In this document: in pieces, positions 25,791 to 39,694 of the stretch | How positions within the stretch are numbered: the first letter of the stretch is position 1 | Layout: each line of letters begins with the position of its first letter | Origin: Mobula hypostoma | Taxonomy: Eukaryota | DNA: 64,000 nucleotides | Reading direction: 5' to 3' | NCBI RefSeq assembly: GCF_963921235.1 | Contig: NC_086097.1 | Span: 231,882,001 to 231,946,000 of the forward strand | Program-made: the position numbers and the translations under genes | The notes under the pieces: generated by a model | Databases searched by the model: none | Seen by the model: only the letters and a program-made list of their open reading frames with translations | Told to the model about the DNA's origin: nothing

Positions 25791-27973
25791 ACATAGAAAC
25801 ATAGAAACATAGAAAATAGGTGCAGGAGTAGGCCATTTGGCCCTTCGAGCCTGCACCGCCATTTATTATGATCATGGCTGATCCTTCAACTCAGAACCCC
25901 GCCCCAGCCTTCCCTCCATACCTCCTGACCCCCGCAGCCACAAGGGCCATATCTAACTCCCTCTTAAATATAGCCAATGAACTGGCCTCAACTGTTTCCT
26001 GTGGCAGAGAATTCCACAGATTCACCACTCTCTGTGCGAAGAAGTTTTTCCTAATCTCGGTCCTAAAAGGCCTCTCCTCTATCCTTAAACTGTGGCCCCT
26101 CGTTCTGGACTTCCCCAACATCGGGAACAATCTTCCTGCATCTAGCTTGTCCAATCCCTTTAGAATTTTATACGTTTCAATCAGATCCCCCCTCACTCTT
26201 CTAAATTCCAACGAGTACAAGCCCAGTTCATCCAGTCTTTCTTCATATGAAAGTCCTGCCATCCCAGGAATCAATCTGGTGAACCTTCTTTGTACTCCCT
26301 CTATGGCAAGGATGTCTTTCCTCAGATTAGGGGACCAAAACTGCACACAATACTCCAGGTGTGGTCTCACCAAGGCCTTGTACAACTGCAGTAGTACCTC
26401 CCTGCTCCTGTACTCGAATCCTCTCGCTATAAATGCCAGCATACCATTCGCCTTTTTCACCACCTGCTGTACCTGCATGCCCACTTTCAATGACTGGTGT
26501 ATAATGACACCCAGGTCTCGTTGCACTTCCCCTTTTCCTAATCGGCCACCATTCAGATAATAATCTGTTTTCCTATTTTTGCCACCAAAGTGGATAACTT
26601 CACATTTATCCACATTAAATTGCATCTGCCATGAATTTGCCCACTCACCCAACCTATCCAAGTCACCTTGCATCCTCTTAGCATCCTCCTCACAGCTAAC
26701 ACTGCCACCCAGCTTAGTGTCATCCGCAAACTTGGAGATACTGCATTTAATTCCCTCATCCAAGTCATTAATATATATTGTAAACAACTGGGGTCCCAGC
26801 ACTGAGCCTTGCGGTACCCCACTAGTCACCGCCTGCCACTCTGAAAAGGTCCCGTTTATTCCCACTCTTTGCTTCCTGTCTGCTAACCAATTCTCCACCC
26901 ACACCAATACCTTACCCCCAATACCGTGTGCTTTAAGTTTGCACACTATTCTCCTGTGTGGGACCTTGTCAAAAGCCTTTTGAAAATCCAAATATACCAC
27001 ATCCACTGGTTCTCTCCTATCCACTCTACTAGTTACATCCTCAAAAAATTCTATGAGATTCGTCAGACATAATTTTCCTTTCACAAATCCATGCTGACTT
27101 TGTCCGATCATTTCACCGTTTTCCAAATGTGCTGTTATCACATCCTTGATAACTGACTCCAGCAGTTTCCCCACCACCGACGTTAGGCTAACCGGTCTAT
27201 AATTCCCCGGTTTCTCTCTCCCTCCTTTTTTAAAAAGTGGAGTTACATTAGCCACCCTCCAATCCTCAGGAACTAGTCCAGAATCTAACGAGTTTTGAAA
27301 AATTATGACTAATGCATCCACTATTTCTTGGGCTACTTCCTTAAGCACTCTAGGATGCAGACCATCTGGCCCTGGGGATTTATCTGCCTTCAATCCCTTC
27401 AATTTACCTAACACCACTTCCATACTAACATGTATTTCGCTCAGTTCCTCCATTCCACTGGACCCTCTGTCCCCTACTATTTCTGGAAGATTATTTATGT
27501 CCTCCTTAGTGAAGACAGAACCAAAGTAATTATTCAATTGGTCTGCCATGTCCTTGCTCCCCATAATCAATTCACCTGTTTCTGTCTGCAGGGGACCTAC
27601 ATTTGTCTTTACCAGTCTTATCCTTTTTACATATCTATAAAAGCTTTTACAGTCTGTTTTTATGTTCCCTGCCAGTTTTCTCTCATAATCTTTTTTCCCC
27701 TTCCTAATTAAGCCCTTTGTCCTCCTCTGCTGAACTCTGAATTTCTCCCAGTCCTCAGGTGAGCCACTTTCTCTGGCTAATTTGTATGCTTCTTCTTTGG
27801 AATTGATACTATCCCTAATATCTCTTGTCAGCCACGGGTGCACTACCTTCCTTGATTTATTCTTTTGCCAAACTGGGATGAACAATTGTTGTAGTTCATC
27901 CATGCAACCTTTAAATGCTTGCCATTGCATATCCACCATCAATCCTTTAAGTGTCATTTGCCAGTCTATCTTA
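25791..27973 (-). mobile_element. Young CR1, 5'-truncated, uninterrupted RT frame
   Basis: ORF 25891..28014 with intact FADD; tail at 25791. Confidence 0.96.
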
Positions 27974-28301
27974 TCTATCAATATAACATATTGATACAAC
28001 TGCAAAGAAGGCATGATCGTGGCTATATTTCATCAGGAATTTGAGGGGATTTACACATGACTCACGCAAATTTCTACAGATGTACCATGGAGATCATTCT
28101 AGCCGATTGCCTCACTGTCTGGTATGGAGGGGCCACTGCACAGGATCGGAAAAAACTGCGGAAATTTGCAGTGTTGGCCAGCTCCATCATGGGCACTGGC
28201 CTCGCCAGCATTGAGGACATCTTCAAAGGATGTAACCTCAAAAAGGAAGCATCCATCATTAATGACCCCCATCACCCAGGATATGATGTCTTCTCATCAA
28301 G

Positions 28302-28578
28302 TAGAAACATAGAAACATAAAAAACCTACAGCACAATACAGGCCCTTTTGCTGTGCCAAACATGTACTTACTTTAGAAATTACCAAGGGTTACCCAGAGC
28401 CCTCTATTTTTCTAAGCTCCATTGACCTATCCATGACTCTTTTAAAAGACCCTATCGTATCCGCCTCTACCACCGTCGCCAGCAGCCCATTCCACGCACT
28501 CACCACCCTCTGCGTAAAAAACTTACCCCTGACTTCTCCTCTGTACCTACTTCCAAGCACCTTAAACTGTGCCCTCTA
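28302..28578 (-). mobile_element. CR1 3' fragment, same subfamily as 24511-24860
   Basis: Reverse complement of gagcttagaaaaatagagggct...ggtaaccc; tagaaacatagaaac tail. Confidence 0.8.
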
Positions 28579-28874
28579 GGAGGAGGAGGTCGAGCAGGAG
28601 ATACAGGAGCCTGAAGATACACATCAGTGTTTTAGGAACAGCTTCTTCCCCTCCACCATCAGATTTCTGAATGGACGATGAACCCATGTACACTACCATA
28701 CTATTTTTTTTCTTTTCTAGATATCTTTTTGCACTTTTAATTTAATTTAATTTTAAAATATGTAATTCTTATTGTAATTTATAGTTTTTTATTATTATGT
28801 ATTGCAGTGTACTGCTGCCTTAACACAACATATTTAATGACATATGACATTGATATTAAACCTGATTCTGATAA

Positions 28875-29290
28875 TTCATAATTGGCTCGGTACTAGGAAG
28901 CAGAGAATGATGGTCCAGATTATTGTCTCATACCGGAAGCCTGAGTCTACAACAGGGGTTGATGCTGGAACTTTGGTTGTTTGTAATTTATATACATGAT
29001 TAGGATATGAAAATACAAAGCATAATTAGTATGTTTCTGAAAGACCTGGAGTTGTAGACAGCGTAGAAGGTTATGAAAATTGAAGGGGGATTTTGATTAT
29101 CCAGCTATGTGGGTTGAAGATTAGCAAATATCTTTCAATAGTGATAAATGTGATGTATTGCATTTTGGGAGATGAAACCAAGGTGGGTTGATGGTAGGGC
29201 CCTAGGAAGTGCTATGGAACAAAAGGACTTGGGAGTGCGTGTAGTAGTTTGCTGGAAGTGTCCACAGTGGTGAATAAGGCATTTGGCGCT
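28875..29290 (+). mobile_element. Very old CR1 RT remnant
   Basis: Degenerate DKC..LHFG and DLGV coding similarity. Confidence 0.55.
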
Positions 29291-29599
29291 TTATTGCCAG
29301 TATGTGAAACATACCAGGATTGATTGTCGCTTGGTGTCAAGCATCAAACACAGGACAATACGATAACAGACAACAAAATAGCAACCAACAATTTACAAGA
29401 CAATATGTGAAGAGCCATGAACAATCAAAAATTAGCAGAATGGTCACAAGTGCAAATGTCAATAATCGAACGTAAATATATGTGAAGATATGAATGATAC
29501 ATATATTCAATAATTATCAACAGAACAAGGAGAGCAGGAAAGACCACTTAACGAACGTTGTGCAGGGACATTTACGGTATTACACCCGAGTGAGTTTTA

Positions 29600-30165
29600 C
29601 CAATGCCTAAGAAGAACGTAGTAACCTACCTCAATGACTGTGGTTCAGTAGTACTTACATCCACTGTGTAGGTGCTACTGGTTGATAGTCATTGAAGCAG
29701 GTAATCAGTGAGGAAGTGTTTTGAGAGGCTGGTGATGAAAAATATCAGCCTTTGCCTGAGTGGCAACTTGGATCTGCTCCCATTTGCCGACTGGCACTAC
29801 ACGTCCACAGTAGATGCTATCTCATTGGCTCTTCACAAAACCCTGGAACAAAGATGTATACATCAGGATGCTCTTTATCGACTACAGCTTGACACTCAGT
29901 ACTGTCATCCTCTCAAAACTAATCATAAGCTTCAAGGCCTTGGCCTCAATACCTCCCCGTGCATCTGGATCCTCAATTTCCTCACTTGCAGACCCCAGTC
30001 AGTCTGGACTGGCAACAACAACTCCTCCACAATCTCCTTCAACACAGATACACCACAAGACCGTGTGCTCCTGTGTGGCCAAGTACATCTCCAATGCCAT
30101 ATTCAAGTTTCCTGATGACACCACTGTCGTAGGCCGAATCAAAGGTGGCGAGGAATCAGCGTCAA
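29600..30165 (+). mobile_element. Rex1-type RT fragment
   Basis: KCFERLV, STVDAISLALH, RMLFIDYS, KFPDDTTVVG. Confidence 0.8.
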
Positions 30166-33100
30166 CATGGCCTGCAAAATGCTTCCATCATTTTCTGCAC
30201 TTATTTCAGATTTCTAGTTTCCACTGTTTATTTTATTTTCATCCTTCTAAACCCACTGGGTTTAGGGTTGGTGGTCTGCTGTTCCGGTTTTTTATGCTGC
30301 GGGTAGTTCAGCTCTCTGGCCAGGAGAAAACCGGAATTTGAATTTGCTGACATTAGCTCTTGAAAAGTTGCCTTCAGTTTCAATGTTTCTGTGTGGAAAT
30401 AGATTAATAATAACTGGCGATAGAAAGGGAAATGGTAACAATGATCTGCATCTCACACTGCTGGGCAAATGAAATACGAGTTCTCCAGTTAGCACATTCC
30501 AGACCTTGTCTAGATTTCCAAAAGGGAGAGGCAAGTCTGCCTCCTGGTAAAGTGTGATTTCTCTGTATTCATGAACTCGCAGGAGTCAAGGCCATGTGAT
30601 GTCATTGATGTGTCAATATGGTTTCATAACCTTACCTTCCCACCAGTGTGACCTGCTGGCCTCATCCATTAGCACTCGAAGCTCTCAGACATTCACTTGC
30701 AATGCAATTTGAAGGGATATTTGGCTGATCTCATTTTATGCTTCATGGAACATTGAAACATTTTCATTCTATTGTTGTTCAATAAGTTTTCTTCACCAGC
30801 CAGTGGGAGATTTGCCTTTATCATTTAAAAAAGATTATCATTCGGTATTAAATGCCCTGTGCTGTGAAGGGACTTCGGCCTGCAAGTTGATAGATTCATG
30901 AGGCACCTTTATGAATTTCAATCAGAGCACAACAGCAGAAGAAAGATAAAAGAAGCAGAATTATAATTGAATGCCTCATTTTTGCCTTTACCAATATAGT
31001 GGGCAGAATTCTGAGGCAAATATGATTGTGGCAATACCAAGATGCAAAGTCTTTGTTTTTTTAAGTCTTTTATATTTTTAACCTGATTTATGCACAGCCA
31101 TAACAGTAAAAATAAACCTTTCAGTAACAATATGTTGTAACTAGAAATAAATGGTACTAGTTTGACATTTCCCAGTAGTTTTATGAAATTGGGGCCTATT
31201 GGTGCAGTTCTGGCTATTGTAAACCTGAGAAACAAAATGGAAACTCTTGTATGTCAGGTCTACTTTAATGTTACAGAGTACTTCAATCTGCTTTGGCCTG
31301 TGGAATATCCACACGAGAGGATGTCTGGTATTTGTATCGTTGTCTCTGTTTCACCAAAGTTCCTCTGCCATGTCTAAATAACAAAATATGGTTTGAAAGG
31401 TACATGTGCTTCTATTTCAGCTGTGAATGTTTCTACAGCTTACTGTAAAACACTTACATTCACTTCTGATTCTTTACATGGAAAATGGTGGATAAATAAA
31501 TCTAATTACTTTGTAAACTCATTTTGGTACCTAATGTGTTATAACATTCCTAACAACTTCATTTTTTGTCCATCAAGTGAAATTGAGCAAGTAATCATTA
31601 GTGGTAAAACTCCTAAAATGTTTTTTTAAAGGCCTCAGGGATCTATGATCCACCATATGTTTTATATTACTACTGATGTCAATCAATAAATATTATTTCA
31701 GTCTGTAGACTGCTAAATTTGTGAATCATATATCTTTCAGTTACAGACTATCCCCAAGCCAAATATTAGAAACACATATAAGAGCAAGATGAACCACTTA
31801 ATAGATTAATCAATCTAAAGCTTCGCTGTCTGTGAAGTTTTTATGTATGGCATTCCTGAACATTTCTGTGACCTCCATTTTTCTGAGATGCAGAGGAGTG
31901 TTTTTAAAATTTCCTTACATTAAAATAGCTGCACAAAATGTTCTGCACCCTACATGAGCGGTTGTTGATTGATTGTATTCCTTGAAAAGAACATTAAAGT
32001 GCCTCACTGCATCTGTTTTGTGCAAGCAATCTTTGCATTTTTTAAAGAACATTTTCCTACTATGGAATCCATTTCTTAGCTGTATTATGGATGCAACTCA
32101 AAAATATCTAGTTCAAAATGCAAGAGGGTTAAAGGATTCTCTTTGTGACTAAATCCTCAAAAATCTCTATCAGCTCCATGTCTATCTGATACATTTTATG
32201 CTTCAATCACTGAAACGTATTAATTTATTTTGTGGAAGCTTGTTCAATTGGAGCATTTCGATAAAGGGAACATTAAAAGTACTGCTGGGTGTTGCTATCA
32301 GGGACTTTAATTGCACTATTAATTATGTTGTTTTACATGACATTATGCTATGGCAATATTTTTCCTGATAAAGTATGTGCCAATGCAAGATGTCAAAGTA
32401 CTGTACCTTCATTGTAAAATAATTCTGACATGGAGTGGGAAGGTTGAGACAGACTTCGATGTGCACTTTGACAGAAGGGAACTACTGGCTGAGCTTATCT
32501 TCAGTGGATGTCTGCTGAACAATCCTACAGGAAAAAGACAGGCAGATGGGGCTTGTCAGCCATGGCTGGCAGCTCAACTAGGAGAAGGAAAACTCTGATT
32601 TCAACCCTCTGCTGCCCTGAGACTACACCCGGTCCTGGGGGAGCCTTTGGGCAGTAAACCCCAAGGGAACATCCAGAACTGGAGTCCCTCAGGCAGTCTG
32701 ACATTGTGTTTAACACTAAGTGGTATTTCCTGTGATGCCCCTGTTGCCAAATTGTATCTGTCTCTGCCTTTCCTTTGGATTCAGCAGCTGCATGGAGAGG
32801 GGTAACCTGATACATGGGCAACAGCTTGCTCTCCCTGTTGGTTTACGTATCCCATAGACACATGGGACACAACATCCATGGTCAACCCTGAACAACGGAG
32901 GGCCTCAAAATCCTACAGTAGGCACTCTGATAACCTTATTGATTCCATCAGTACATTCTGTGACATTAAATAATGAAACCAGTGAAAGCCTAAAGGTTTT
33001 AACATCAAGCTATTTGTCATTCTTTATTTAAACAGTTTATGGTGGCAAATTTTGAGATAATCTCAATAATAAACTTACTTTGACCTTACTTTATCAACAG

Positions 33101-33549
33101 ATATCAATGGAATGAAAAACAAAGAATGCTGATATGTCGATTATTTAAATACCATAACCAATCCTCTATGAACGTACATGCAAACATGTGAAATGAAGGG
33201 TGAGGAAAGTCCACTGATCCGTTAAACCCAGTCCTTTGCATCATTGTACACTGTTTACACATCCTCTGCAACAACACAATTTGCTGGTAAAGGAGGAGAA
33301 AAGAAAAGGACTTCTTTATTCTCCCCCGACAACCAAACGCATTTCCGACACCAGCGCTGACATTGACACCACAATCACAAAGAGCTGCCAAATTTGAAGG
33401 AAAGGTTCAAATGCATCTCAGAGGGTTTTTTGAAACAGTATGTGGGGAGTTGAACCACAAGAGACAACACACTGGACCTGGATTTGCAAAATGGAAAGGA
33501 GCCAGGCCAATGGACAAACTTGATAGTAGGTGGAACATTTTGAGAACGA

Positions 33550-34820
33550 GACCATTAGACCATAGGGTCAGAAGATATAGGAGCAGAATTAGGCCATTTC
33601 ATCATGGCTGATCCATTTTCCCTCTCAGCCCGAACCTCCTGCCTTCTCCCTGTATCCCTTCATGCACTGACTAATCAAGAATCTATCAACCTCTGCCTTA
33701 AATAAAGTGACCACAACTCAATGTGTTCTGAGATAGTTATGAGTAAGGATAAAATTGGATCTTACAGGGAGGCACTAAATTAGGGGAGAGAATTTTGTGG
33801 CATTGATTGGAAGAAGCTGCTCTCAGACAAGTCCACAGCAGTTGTTTAAAGACCAGCCGATCTGGATTCTGTAAGGAATAAGGACAAGAATGGTAAGGTA
33901 AGGGAACTTTGGATGATGCAAGAGTTCCTAAACATTGTCAGAAAGAGAAAGGAAGCTTATGAAACTAATATCAGATTGAGCCCTTGTGGAATATCAAGGC
34001 TGCAGGAAAGTGTTCAAGCAGGCAACAGGAAGGCGAACAGAGTCCATGAAATGTCCTTGGTGAATAGGGTCAAGGAGAATCCCAGGGCCTTTTATACTTA
34101 CATTAAGGAAAATAGAGGATAGCGAATGAGAGAGTAGGTCCACACAAGGGTGAATGAGGGAAAGTGACTTGGAGTCAGAGCAAGTGGCTGAGGTACTAAA
34201 TGAGTACTTTGTGTCTGTATTTACTGAGTAGAAGGGCTTTGAGGATAGTGAAGGCACAATGAGTTATGCTAATGTGGTGGGACATTCTGAGATTAAGTAG
34301 GAGGCAGAGCTGAGTCTTCTGAAAAGCACCAGGGTCTGATGGCATATATCCTCCCAAGTGAGAAGCTGGCTGGGGCATTGGCAAAAATCTTAGCGTCCTC
34401 ACTTGGAAGAGGTGAGGTCCTAGAGGACAGGAGAGTAGAAAATATTGTGCTTTGGCTCAAGAAAGAAAATAGGGGTAACTGAGGTAATTATTGGCAATGA
34501 GACTCGCGTCAGTGTTAGGAAGCTACTGGAGAGGATGCTGGGGGAGGGGTAGGACTTACTTGCATTTGGAAAGGCATTGCCTTCTTAGGAATAGTCAGCA
34601 TGGCTTTATGCAGGAAGATCATGCTTTATGAATTTGACTGAGCTTTTCGAGGAGATGACAAAGTAGAAGGCAGTGGATGTTACCTATATCGACTTTACTA
34701 AAGGACTTGAGAAGGTCCCTCATGGTAGGTTGATTCAGAATGTAAAGATGCGAGGGATCCAGGATGAATTGCAAGTTTGGAATCAGAACAGACTTGCCCA
34801 TAGAAAACAAAGAGAGTAGG
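33550..34820. mobile_element. CR1 remnants (3' end on minus 33550-33705; decayed ORF2 on plus 33710-34820)
   Basis: KENPRAFYTYIK and decayed QHGF / YIDF motifs. Confidence 0.7.
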
Positions 34821-34824
34821 GTTG

Positions 34825-35050
34825 GAGTCCTGTCTTACTGGCCGAAGGGAATGGAGGGAAATGTCATGCCGCCTCAGTGACCAATCATCAGTTAACCTAC
34901 CATCTTTGGACGGTGGGAGGAAAGCAGAGCACCGGGGAAAACCCACACATACCACGGGGTGGACGTACAGAGACTACTTACACAACGGCGCTGGAATTGA
35001 AACCCCCGGGCTGTAGTAACACTGTGCTAACCGCCATGCTACTGTGGCAC
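34825..35050 (-). mobile_element. HE1/V-SINE-like copy
   Basis: tttggacggtgggaggaaagcagagcaccggggaaaaccc V-domain. Confidence 0.65.
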
Positions 35051-35242
35051 TTGTGTTCCAAGTAGAGCAAACTGTGAGATTGAATAATCTGGTCTGTTTC
35101 CCTTGAAGGATTGGCATGGACTCTTTCAACAGCCACCAGCACACTCTGATAGGCTTCTGGTTGAGTGTCACTGCCGATAAGTAACATCTCATGCAGAATA
35201 GCACTTTCATAGTCATACGTATAGTGCTAGTGCAGGTTAAGT

Positions 35243-35717
35243 TGTCACGGTCCCGACTGTTAATTCCCCATTTTCTCCTAATTTCCTTTGATGACGGCAC
35301 ACTTGGGTTTCAGCAAGACTTGCAGCAAAAGGACCCCGGCTTTGCACCCATTAGTGGCCAGATCGTTGGTTTTGCCAGCATGGTAATTAACGTTTCCTGG
35401 CCACTTAGGATTGTATATTCTAAGTTTTGCTTCAGTACTGAAATTTACCGGTGAAATTCAGTCTCACCGTGCCAAGATAAGTATTCTAAGTTTCACTTCA
35501 GCACTGAAGTTTACCTGTGTAACTCCGTCTCTCCGTGCTAAGAAAAGTTTTGTCTGCCGTTTTCCTCCCTACGCTCCTTGTTAAGATAAGTTCTGCCTGC
35601 CTTCTGCTTTCCTGCACTCCCTCCTGTTTGCTGTTCAACGCTCATGCCCGCATCTGCATCCTAACTCAATCTCCGTGCCTGTGTCCTGCACTTGGGTTCG
35701 CCTTGTTCATTGCAACA
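35243..35717 (+). repeat. 5' LTR of the chromovirus
   Basis: tgtcacgg...ttgcaaca; direct repeat of 44220-44692. Confidence 0.93.
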
Positions 35718-35718
35718 G

Positions 35719-35732
35719 AACGATCTGGCCAC
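35719..35732 (+). promoter_or_regulatory. Self-priming primer-binding site
   Basis: aacgatctggccac is the exact reverse complement of gtggccagatcgtt at 35354-35367 in the LTR. Confidence 0.85.
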
Positions 35733-35733
35733 C

Positions 35734-36760
35734 ATGGACCCAGTGGACACAAATACCCTTCAACAAGTCCTTGCCAGCCAGAGTCCACTACAGGGTCTGC
35801 ACAATCAACTCCTCCGGGAGGTCATGAAGAATCTCCATTCCCTGTCTGCTTATGTCACGCAGACCGCTGACCAGGTGGACCACTCATTTTACCCTATCCA
35901 CTCCTGGAACCCTGTCTAACCAGACCAGACAGCCTGTAGTGGCAACCCCCTACATGCCAGCAACACCCTCGCCAAGAGACCCTCACGTACCTGAAGCGGA
36001 ACACTACGCTGGGGATTTGGGGAAGTGCCGGGCCTTCCTTCTTCAGTGCTCCTTGGTGTTCAAACAGCAGTTGTCCATGTACTCCACGTATAAGTCAAAG
36101 ATTGCTTACATCATGGGGTTGTTGTGGGGAAGTACCTTAGCTTGGGCCACAGCTGTTTGGGATAACCAACTGGATATCTGCTCCTCTTTCGTCATCTTTA
36201 TCACGGAAATGAGAAAGATTTCTGACCACACAGTCCGTGGTAAATACACCGCCAAGCGTTTACTCACTCTCCGCCAGGGCTCACGCAGTGTTGCCGATTA
36301 TTCCGTGGAGTTCCGGACGTTAGTGGCCGACTTGGGGTGGAACGATGAGGCACTCCAAGGGGTATTTTGGAATGGACTCAGCTACCTGGTGAAAGACGAG
36401 TTGGCGGCAAGAGACGACATCGACAGCCTGGATTCCCTGATCTCCATAGTCACCAGGTTGGATAATCGCTTCTGAGAATGCCATAGAGACAGAACTGGTC
36501 GTCCACCACCTTTGGCCACTTCTCGGCACTCATTACCGCCTCCTGCCAGAATAAGCCTCTCTCCTCCTCCTGCTCCTAGAGTGGCTCCCAGCCCAGCCGT
36601 TTCCACCGCCCTGGGAGAGGAACGCATGCAGCTGGGATGGAACCGCCTTTCTCCCACTGAACGAGTCCGGAGACTGAAAGCGGGTGAGTGTCTATATTGC
36701 AGCCAGTCCGGTCATTTCTTTACCATCTGCCCCCTTCGGCCAAAGGTGAAGGCTCACTAG
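35734..36760 (+). pseudogene. gag: gag (Sushi/PEG10-like capsid, CCHC zinc knuckle), disrupted
   Basis: MDPVD start; [45 protein letters not shown]. Confidence 0.9.
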
Positions 36761-37500
36761 TAGCAGGGGGGACCGTGGTGAGTCAGACAACATTCCCTTC
36801 TGTTCCCCGAACCCGGATGCAGCTTCAAGCTACTTTGCGTTACAACCCATGGTCCCTGCCTCTGTCAGCACTAGTGGACTCCGGTGCTGAGGGAAACTTT
36901 TTGGATGAAGACTTAGCCTTCCAAGCTGGAATTCCTCGTGAGGCATTGTGTACCCCCTGGACTCCCAGGCACTGGACGGTAGACTACTGGCCTGAGCTAC
37001 ACACTGCACTGAACCCCTACATCTCCTTCTCTCCGGAAACCATCGGGAACAGGTATGATTCAATTTAATTTCCTCTCCTTAAGCCCCTATAGTTCTTGGT
37101 TACCGCTGGTTAAGCCATGATAACCCCCACATCGACTGGTCCACCAGGAAGATAGTCAGCTGGAGTTTGTTCTGCAAACCCACTTGTCTGCATTCAGCCC
37201 TTTCCCCAGTGGAGGTCACCGTGACCTCGTCTGCCTCTGAATCCCCCGACTTATCCAAGGTTCCAGCAGAGTATCACGATCTGGGAGAAGTGTTTAGCAA
37301 ACAACGGGCTCTTTCGCTGCCTCCACACCGCCCTTACGATTGCGCAATTGACCTTCTCCCCAGAGCCCCTCTACCCACCAGTCGGCTGTATAACCTGTCC
37401 CGACCAGAAAGGGAAGCAATGGAGGCTTACCTGAATGACTCTCTGGCGGCTGGCATTATCCAACCCTCATCTTCCACTGTAGGCGCAGGTTTCTTCTTGT
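36761..37500 (+). pseudogene. pol: pol 5' part: aspartic protease and RT N-terminus
   Basis: [37 protein letters not shown], cut by the CR1 at 37499. Confidence 0.9.
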
Positions 37501-39694
37501 ATGAGACGTGAATTAGCTAGGATAGACTGGCAAATGACACTTAAAGGATTGACGGTGGATATGCAATGGCAAGCATTTAAGGATTGCATGGATGAACTAC
37601 AACAATTGTTCATCCCAGTTTGGCAAAAGAATAAATCAAGGAAGGTAGTGCACCCGTGGCTGACAAGAGAAATTAGGGATAGTATCAATTCCAAAGAAGA
37701 AGCATACAAATTAGCCAGAGAAAGTGGCTCACCTGAGGACTGGGAGAAATTCAGAGTTCAGCAGAAGAGGACAAAAGGCTTAATTAGGAAGGGGAAAAAA
37801 GATTATGAGAGAACACTGGCAGGGAACATAAAAACGGACTGTAAAAGCTTTTATAGATATGTAAAAAGGAAAAGACTGGTAAAGACAAATGTAGGTCCCC
37901 TGCAGACAGAAACAGGTGAATTGATTATGGGGAGCAAGGACATGGCAGACCAATTGAATAATTACTTTGGTTCTGTCTTCACTAAGGAGGACATAAATAA
38001 TCTTGCAGAAATAGTAAGGGACAGAGGGTCCAGTGAGATGGAGGAACTGAGCGAAATACATGTTAGTATGGAAGTGGTGTTAGGTAAATTGAAGGGATTG
38101 AAGGCAGATAAATCCCCAGGGCCAGATGGTCTGCATCCTAGAGTGCTTAAGGAAGTAGCCCAAGAAATAGTGGATGCATTAGTGATAATTTTTCAAAACT
38201 TGTTAGATTCTGGGCGAGTTCCTGAGGATTGGAGGGTGGCTAATGTAACCCCACTTTTTAAAAAAGGAGGGAGAGAGAAACCGGGGAATTATAGACCGGT
38301 TAGCCTAACGTCGGTGGTGGGGAAACTGCTGGAGTCAGTTATCAAGAATGTGATAACAGCACATTTGGAAAACGGTGAAATGATCGGACAAAGTCAGCAT
38401 GGATTTGTGAAAGGAAAATCATGTCTGACGAATCTCATAGAATTTTTTGAGGATGTAACTAGTAGAGTGGATAGGGGAGAACCAGTGGATGTGGTATATT
38501 TGGATTTTCAAAAGGCTTTTGACAAGGTCCCACACAGGAGATTAGTGTGCAAACTTAAAGCACACGGTATTGGGGGTAAGGTATTGGTGTGGATAGAGAA
38601 TTGGTTAGCTGACAGGAAGCAAAGAGTGGGAATAAACGGGACCTTTTCAGAATGGCAGGCGGTGACTAGTGGGGTACCGCAAGGCTCAGTGCTGGGACCC
38701 CAGTTGTTTACAATATATATTAATGACTTGGATGAGGGAATTAAATGCAGCATCTCCAAGTTTGTGGATGACACGAAGCTGGGCGGCAGTGTTAGCTGTG
38801 AGGAGGATGCTAAGAGGATGCAGGGTGACTTGGATAGGTTGGGTGAGTGGGCAAATTCATGGCAGATGCAATTTAATGTGGATAAATGTGAAGTTATCCA
38901 CTTTGGTGGCAAAAATAGGAAAACAGATTATTATCTGAATGGTGGCCGATTAGGAACAGGGGAGGTGCAACGAGACCTGGGTGTCATTATATACCAGTCA
39001 TTGAAAGTGGGCATGCAGGTACAGCAGGCGGTGAAAAAGGCGAATGGTATGCTGGCATTTATAGCGAGAGGATTCGAGTACAGGAGCAGGGAGGTTCTAC
39101 TGCAGTTGTACAAGGCCTTGGTGAGACCACACCTGGAGTATTGTGTGCAGTTTTGGTCCCCTAATCTGAGGAAAGACATCTTTGCCATAGAGGGAGTACA
39201 AAGAAGATTCACCAGATTGATTCCTGGGATGGCAGGACTTTCATATGAAGAAAGACTGGATGAACTGGGCTTGTACTCGTTGGAATTTAGAAGATTGAGG
39301 GGGGGATCTGATTGAAACGTATAAGATCCTAAAGGGATTGGACAGGCTAGATGCAGGAAGATTGTTCCCGATGTTGGGGAAGTCCAGAACGAGGGGCCAC
39401 CATTTGAGGATAGAGGGAAAGCCTTTTCGGACCGAGATTAGGAAAAACTTCTTCACGCAGAGAGTGGTGAATCTGTGGAATTCTCTGCCACAGGAAACAG
39501 TTGAGGCCAGTTCATTGGCTATATTTAAGAGGGAGTTAGATATGGCCCTTGTGGCTACGGGGTTCAGGGGGTATGGAGGGAAGGCTGGGGCGGGGTTCTG
39601 AGTTGGATGATCAGCCATGATCATAATAAATGGCGATGCAGGTTCGAAGGGCCGAATGGCCTACTCCTGCACCTATTTTCTATTTTCTATGTTT
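37499..39694 (+). mobile_element. Young CR1 copy A (left arm of the inverted pair)
   Basis: 604-aa RT ORF, +1 G frameshift near 39300, 3' UTR and tail. Confidence 0.96.

Larger units (their letters stand above)
24045..28872 (+). mobile_element. Rex1/Babar-type LINE with three nested CR1 insertions
   Basis: LNDYSQVALTSIVMKCFQRLV, FANDTTIVG, NFYRCTME, HHPG; ATTAAA(CCTGATT) tail. Confidence 0.85.

Noticed and set aside
35734..36760. Domesticated PEG10/RTL-like gene
   Set aside because: It is flanked by LTRs and contains stops and frameshifts, so it is a decayed provirus.
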